Positions 59,294-64,000 of a DNA stretch of 64,000 bases are shown in pieces; the first letter of the stretch is position 1, and each line of letters opens with the position of its first letter. Below the pieces are notes generated by a model that saw nothing but the letters and a program-made list of their open reading frames with translations, did not search any database and was not told the origin of the DNA. The position numbers and the translations under genes were made by a program. The DNA is from Paramecium tetraurelia. Its lineage: Eukaryota. The stretch lies in the NCBI GenBank assembly GCA_000165425.1, contig CT868011.1, positions 62,001 to 126,000 of the forward strand. The letters run 5' to 3'.

Positions 59294-59679
59294 ATGAATT
59301 GTGTTAAAATAAACACCAACTAAGAATGGCATGAACATGTGATGAGTAGTTAAAAACCAGTTGTTGTTAGTTTTTTCGCTGAATGGTATGGATATTGAAA
59401 CTAATTGAAAATAGGTGTGCCCCATGCCATAAGCTGAATCCTCAATTAATCTAAGAAGCTGAGAAGAACTGTGAAAAATGGTAACTAGCTTTTGTGAATG
59501 TTGACAATGAGGAACTTTATGACGTCGTACAATAAATAGCGGTATAGTTTAATATTGATTTATTTTAGAAAGCCTAAATTCCATCAGTTCATTTACTAAA
59601 TAGAGGAACTTCTATTGATTCTATGACTGGATATAGCGAAAGAAAAACTAAATCCTTCATAGATAAAGTTTGCAGTTGA
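59294..59679 (+). CDS. Thioredoxin-family protein (WCAPC active site)
   Basis: KPVVVSFFAEW|CAPCHKLNP, VNVD, IPSV; two tiny introns, one splitting the Trp codon. Confidence 0.9.
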
Positions 59680-60419
59680 TTTTAACTACTTGTTTATACA
59701 TGTTTTGTTATAAATAAATAATAAAATAGAGGGACGGATTGCACCATTGAACTTTCAGAATAATACCTTTCTTTTGGCAACATAAAACTAATTTTAAAGT
59801 TCTAAATATTGGACTTATCATTATTGTATTCTTACATCACCTTTTATCGAGTCCAGTGTTCTTACCTTAACCAACTCTAATAGAGCATCTCTTATATTGA
59901 TATCATCTATTAAGGATCGATGATACAGATGTTTGAACCTTATTATTCTCAATAATTGCAACTGATTTGAATTATAATCTGAAACAGTTTTTCATAATTA
60001 TCTTCCTCATTAGACTCCTCCAATTTATCAAGGAATATAGAGAAGATGATTAATATGATGTTTATATTGGATTCTAGTCAATTATTTGGCAATAAAATGG
60101 TTTCCACTTACGCGAGCAAACTGTCTAGAAATCAAAAGTATGGCAACATAGAATGGTCAACCAATGACAAATAATACAATAGATTTTAAATAGTCCTTCG
60201 GTAATCGAGATTCCAATATCATATTAGAAGATTTAGAAAATATTGTATAATTAAATAATCTTTTATAACGAACCAATATTTTATATAATTAAAATAATTA
60301 GTCTAGTTAACTGAAGAAAAATAAGTGTAAAGCATCCTCTCTTTTGATACATATAAATTAGTTAAGTGGTTTAGAAATATATTGAATGGAATTGAGTTTG
60401 AAGAATTCTTTTAATTCAT

Positions 60420-61460
60420 TATAACATGCACTATTTATTTAAGCTATAAAATGATTCGGGATGTCTCCATACATTATTAAAAGGATAATAATCATAATAC
60501 TTTTTATTGATAACAATGGTATTGGTATGATAATCTGATTTATTAATATTTAATAATCCTTTAGCCCACCCTAAACTTTACATAGCTTCTGTTCTTAGAT
60601 GTTCATTCTACATAGTAGTAAAATTGCTTTGAGCGGCAATATGTTCATATGCATAGGATGCTTTTAAAACAGTATCAGCAATAACTTAATATGCTAAAGA
60701 GTAACCAGTCAAATAAACACTATTGTTTATAGGATTTGCTTTATTTATTCACTCTGTTTGCAATGAAGTCATCAAATCTGAAGAACTCCTAGAAGATATA
60801 TAGCATCTTTTAGTACCAATTCCTTATATTAAGTGATAGAGTCCATCTTGTCCTACCTGAGTATGTGGGAATGTAAATTTCTTCCAATTACTCTGAATTA
60901 TATTAATACAACTTTTTACTTATTTTAATGGTGCTCTAGTGAACCAATGAACAACATACTTCTATCCATATGAAGTTTAGTCTTTATGGGTGAGACCATA
61001 TTAAAATGTTGGGGGACATATACGATTGAAGTGGCGATATGCTTCTCTTAGTTTCTTATAAATCCCATCATGAAAGAATTCGTTCTCAAAATTCAGATGT
61101 GCTGATGGTTGACAATGTTGATCTATCTCAAAATATTGCTTATCTAATTTATTCAGCACTTTTTTATTCATCCACCTCTTATACATATAGATTTGATGCA
61201 TTGCATTTTCAGTCCTATATTAGGTCAATCTTAATACGCCAATCTATAGAAATTTTTAATGGAAAGAAAGGCTTATATTGAAACTCATGGCTATCAACTC
61301 CAATTGTATCTTAACCTTCATGGTCCATTTAAAATCCTCCAATCCCAACAAATCTGAATTTAGTACCATGTTTTGTATTCTTTATTGCTTGAGTCATATG
61401 AGCTAAATGAACATCAGTTTAAGTTCAAGCTGCAAATAAAAATATTGTAGTTTATTTCAT
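60420..61460 (-). pseudogene. Decaying lipid-A-disaccharide synthase (LpxB)-like gene
   Basis: TIFLFAA*TQTDVHLAHM...FRFVGIGGFQMDHEG resembles the LpxB N-terminus. In-frame TGA at 61425-61427, a frame break near 61250 and several TGAs 3' of ~60760; 3' limit approximate. Confidence 0.65.
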
Positions 61461-61711
61461 TTTAAATATTAATCAAATAAAACAAATATTTGTTAGAAAC
61501 TAAAGAATAAACTAAATTTATCCACCAGATTAATGTTTAAATTAGAATTACTGAATATATTTAATTATATATAGGTTCTGTATTTCATTTTTTAATATTA
61601 AGACCTTTATCTAAGTTCGTATTTTTAAAATAAAAGTAAATAGGCAATGATATTCCTACAACTTAAGTATTATAATTTATATATAATTATATGATATATA
61701 AAAATATCTAA

Positions 61712-63547
61712 TCATCCTAGTTAGAGATTGAGTCTACAGGTTTCAATAACTGCATTCTACACTCTTCCTTGAACAATGTGACACAATTTTTCATATTCAG
61801 CTCTCAATTTAATATTATTTCCTTCTTAATTACTCATGAGTCTTTCTAATTCCAAAATTCTTTGATGTTATAACTACAAATTAGTCTTATGCAAAGCATA
61901 TTATCTTTCTTATAGCAATCTTCTTTATTAAATATCATCCATTCCTCTATCTAATAATTATAAAGTCCAATACCCTTTTAAATGTTCAAGATGAAGAAAG
62001 TTTCGTCTATTTTTTTAATTAGATTATCAATGTGATGGTCTAAAACGATGTTATTATTTATCAATTTTTCCTGTTTAATACTTCTCTTGCTAATTTGTAG
62101 ATGCGTTTGATGAACCTTTTCCCTTTCCTACTATATTTATTCCTCAATTAATTATCTATCTCTAGTTAAATTGGTTTCTAATCTTTACATATCATCCTAA
62201 ATGGACTGACTTTCATTTTCAGCTCTCTTTATTATTGATTTAGAAATAATACTTTCAATGACTGCTATTATTCCATCTCCTTCTTCTTCAACAATTCAGT
62301 TTAATGATTATATTTAGCTTTTTCTTCTATAAGTAGCCTACCTTCAACAGCCTTAACATTCTCATCGTGATCTAATCTCATTTTCAAAAAGAATTCCTTC
62401 ATTCTTAATAACTATTGATTGTATTGATCATTGGCCTTCATTAATGAATTAAATTTGCTCTGGATTCCATCTAATCTAGGTTACCAATTAGAATTAATTT
62501 GATCAATTTACAACTAATTAATTACATATTAATTTAAACCTTATTGTCATGTCTGATCTATGATAACTCATGCATATATTCATTTTCCAAAGCCAACACA
62601 TGTTTATTTTTGGCCACATATTCATTCATTACTTCTTATTATCTATAATCACTCGCCTTGCCAAGTTCATCAAATTATCGTTTAACTTAAGTGTATTCGG
62701 CTTCAATTATAGATTTTCTGGTCACTTCCTCTTCAAAATGTCTTTTAGCCATACTGACAGCCTGCTCTTTGGATAGGATCTCTTATCTTAAGGCATTCAT
62801 CCTATTCGTAAGTTCTTCATTCATTAATCTATTCTATCTTAATTCCTAATCAATTTATTCTTTCAATTGAGCAACCCTAATAGCATCATTTTTTTTGACA
62901 GCTCTATTATCAGGTATGTTGGTTGTAGCTGCAGTTTTTGGCATAGTTTTAACAGGCTAATAGGCATTTCTCTGCGATTCCTTGATGCCTGTTGAGTTTT
63001 TAGCCATCAAATCTGTTGATCTATTCTACTCAATTCTCTCTCTGATTTATGTTGCTAATCCTTCGGGTATCTTATTGCAAGAGACATCCAGAAATTTTAA
63101 ATTTCTATTGCCATTGAGTCCTTCTAATAAGTATTGAGCTCCTTTTTCTCCAATTTCGTTCCATTTTAAATTCAATGATTATAAGGATGTATTTTGCTTT
63201 AACATTTAACATATTCTGGCACAATGATCTGCTTGTATTCTGTTGTTCTTTAGATCGACTAATTGCAATTGGTATGATGGGTTCATCAATAAATCACACA
63301 AAGCACCCACACCTCCACCTATAGCATTCCATTCAGCGATCAGAGTTCTTGCGTCTGGACTTATTGATCTGCAAATTCTTTCAAATCCTCTTCCATTTAT
63401 ATTGCATCCTCTTAGTTCAATGTTAATGAATTGTGTATTTTGAGCCAAAAATTAGGCTACAACAACACAACCCTCTTCGTTCAATATTTAATCGGATAGA
63501 GTGAGATTTGGAGCTTTCTGAGATTCTAAAGCTTTCTGGAGCTTCAT
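61712..63547 (-). CDS. RNI-like LRR + long coiled-coil protein (LRRC45-like architecture)
   Basis: IELRGCNI, LIAEWNAIG, VDLKNNRI, LNLKWNEIG, LDVSCNKI, then heptad repeats; ends LNLQLG*. Confidence 0.82.
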
Positions 63548-63729
63548 GGATTTCAAATTTAAAATTAGTAGTTAATTAATGAATTATCAAAACCCCAATT
63601 GCTTAGTGTATTATAATTTGAAAATCATATAATTTTTGTAATAAATATTTTTTATAATAATTTTTGTAAAGTATCTTACAAGATAAACTCGTAATATGGT
63701 AATGGTAATTAAATAATACGGATATAATA

Positions 63730-64000
63730 TCAAAGTTGGGCAGTATTCTTTTAAAGGTTTTGCAAAATTTCTTCTGTTTTCGAAAAGTTTTAGTTCCAAG
63801 TGTTTAGTATTTGAGAATCAACAACTTTGGGACTGTCACAAACTGATATGATTTAGGTATTTGTGATTTCCAATGCCAATTGATCCATTGTATAAGCCAA
63901 GAGGATGTCTTTCACTGAAACACCTGAGCAATCACTGGTGGAGACCTCAACATTGACAACATTCTCTTTTTGTGTCCATTTGGGATAGTCTATTAAATAG
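63730..64000 (-). CDS. 3' end of a hypothetical protein (5' part outside window)
   Basis: Open frame IDYPKWTQKENVVNVEV...QKNTAQL*, stop at 63730-63732. Confidence 0.6.

Noticed and set aside
61425..61427. In-frame TGA as selenocysteine or programmed readthrough
   Set aside because: It aligns to Gly rather than Cys and comes with frameshifts and further stops, so pseudogenisation is the simpler explanation.

Overview
AT-rich, gene-dense eukaryotic DNA from a ciliate macronuclear chromosome, most likely Paramecium. Genes only read through when TAA/TAG are taken as Gln with TGA as the sole stop, and they are split by tiny 21-31 nt GT..AG introns. The supplied standard-code ORF track is therefore mostly fragments or wrong frames. 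Manual re-translation gives about 30 genes: a giant Cys-rich surface protein, bZIP and Myb factors, DYRK and Aurora-like kinases, a PH + permuted papain-like protein, an N-acylated otubain-like DUB, a Zn-finger/WD40 protein, a PGPG-repeat protein, a Macro-WWE-WWE-PARP protein, LRR proteins, a MATE transporter, LSm8, a steroid 5-alpha-reductase, a divergent TFIIB, a divergent cullin and a thioredoxin. The most striking items are (i) an intact, full-length membrane H+-pyrophosphatase homolog that has lost most of its catalytic acidic motifs, (ii) a PARP14-like mono-ADP-ribosyltransferase, (iii) a serine-less lipase, (iv) a TFIIB paralog with an eroded B-reader and (v) a decaying LpxB-like pseudogene. 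No tRNA, rRNA, CRISPR array, telomeric repeat or recognisable transposon was seen. All family calls are by-eye motif recognition, not database searches, and exon boundaries are inferred.
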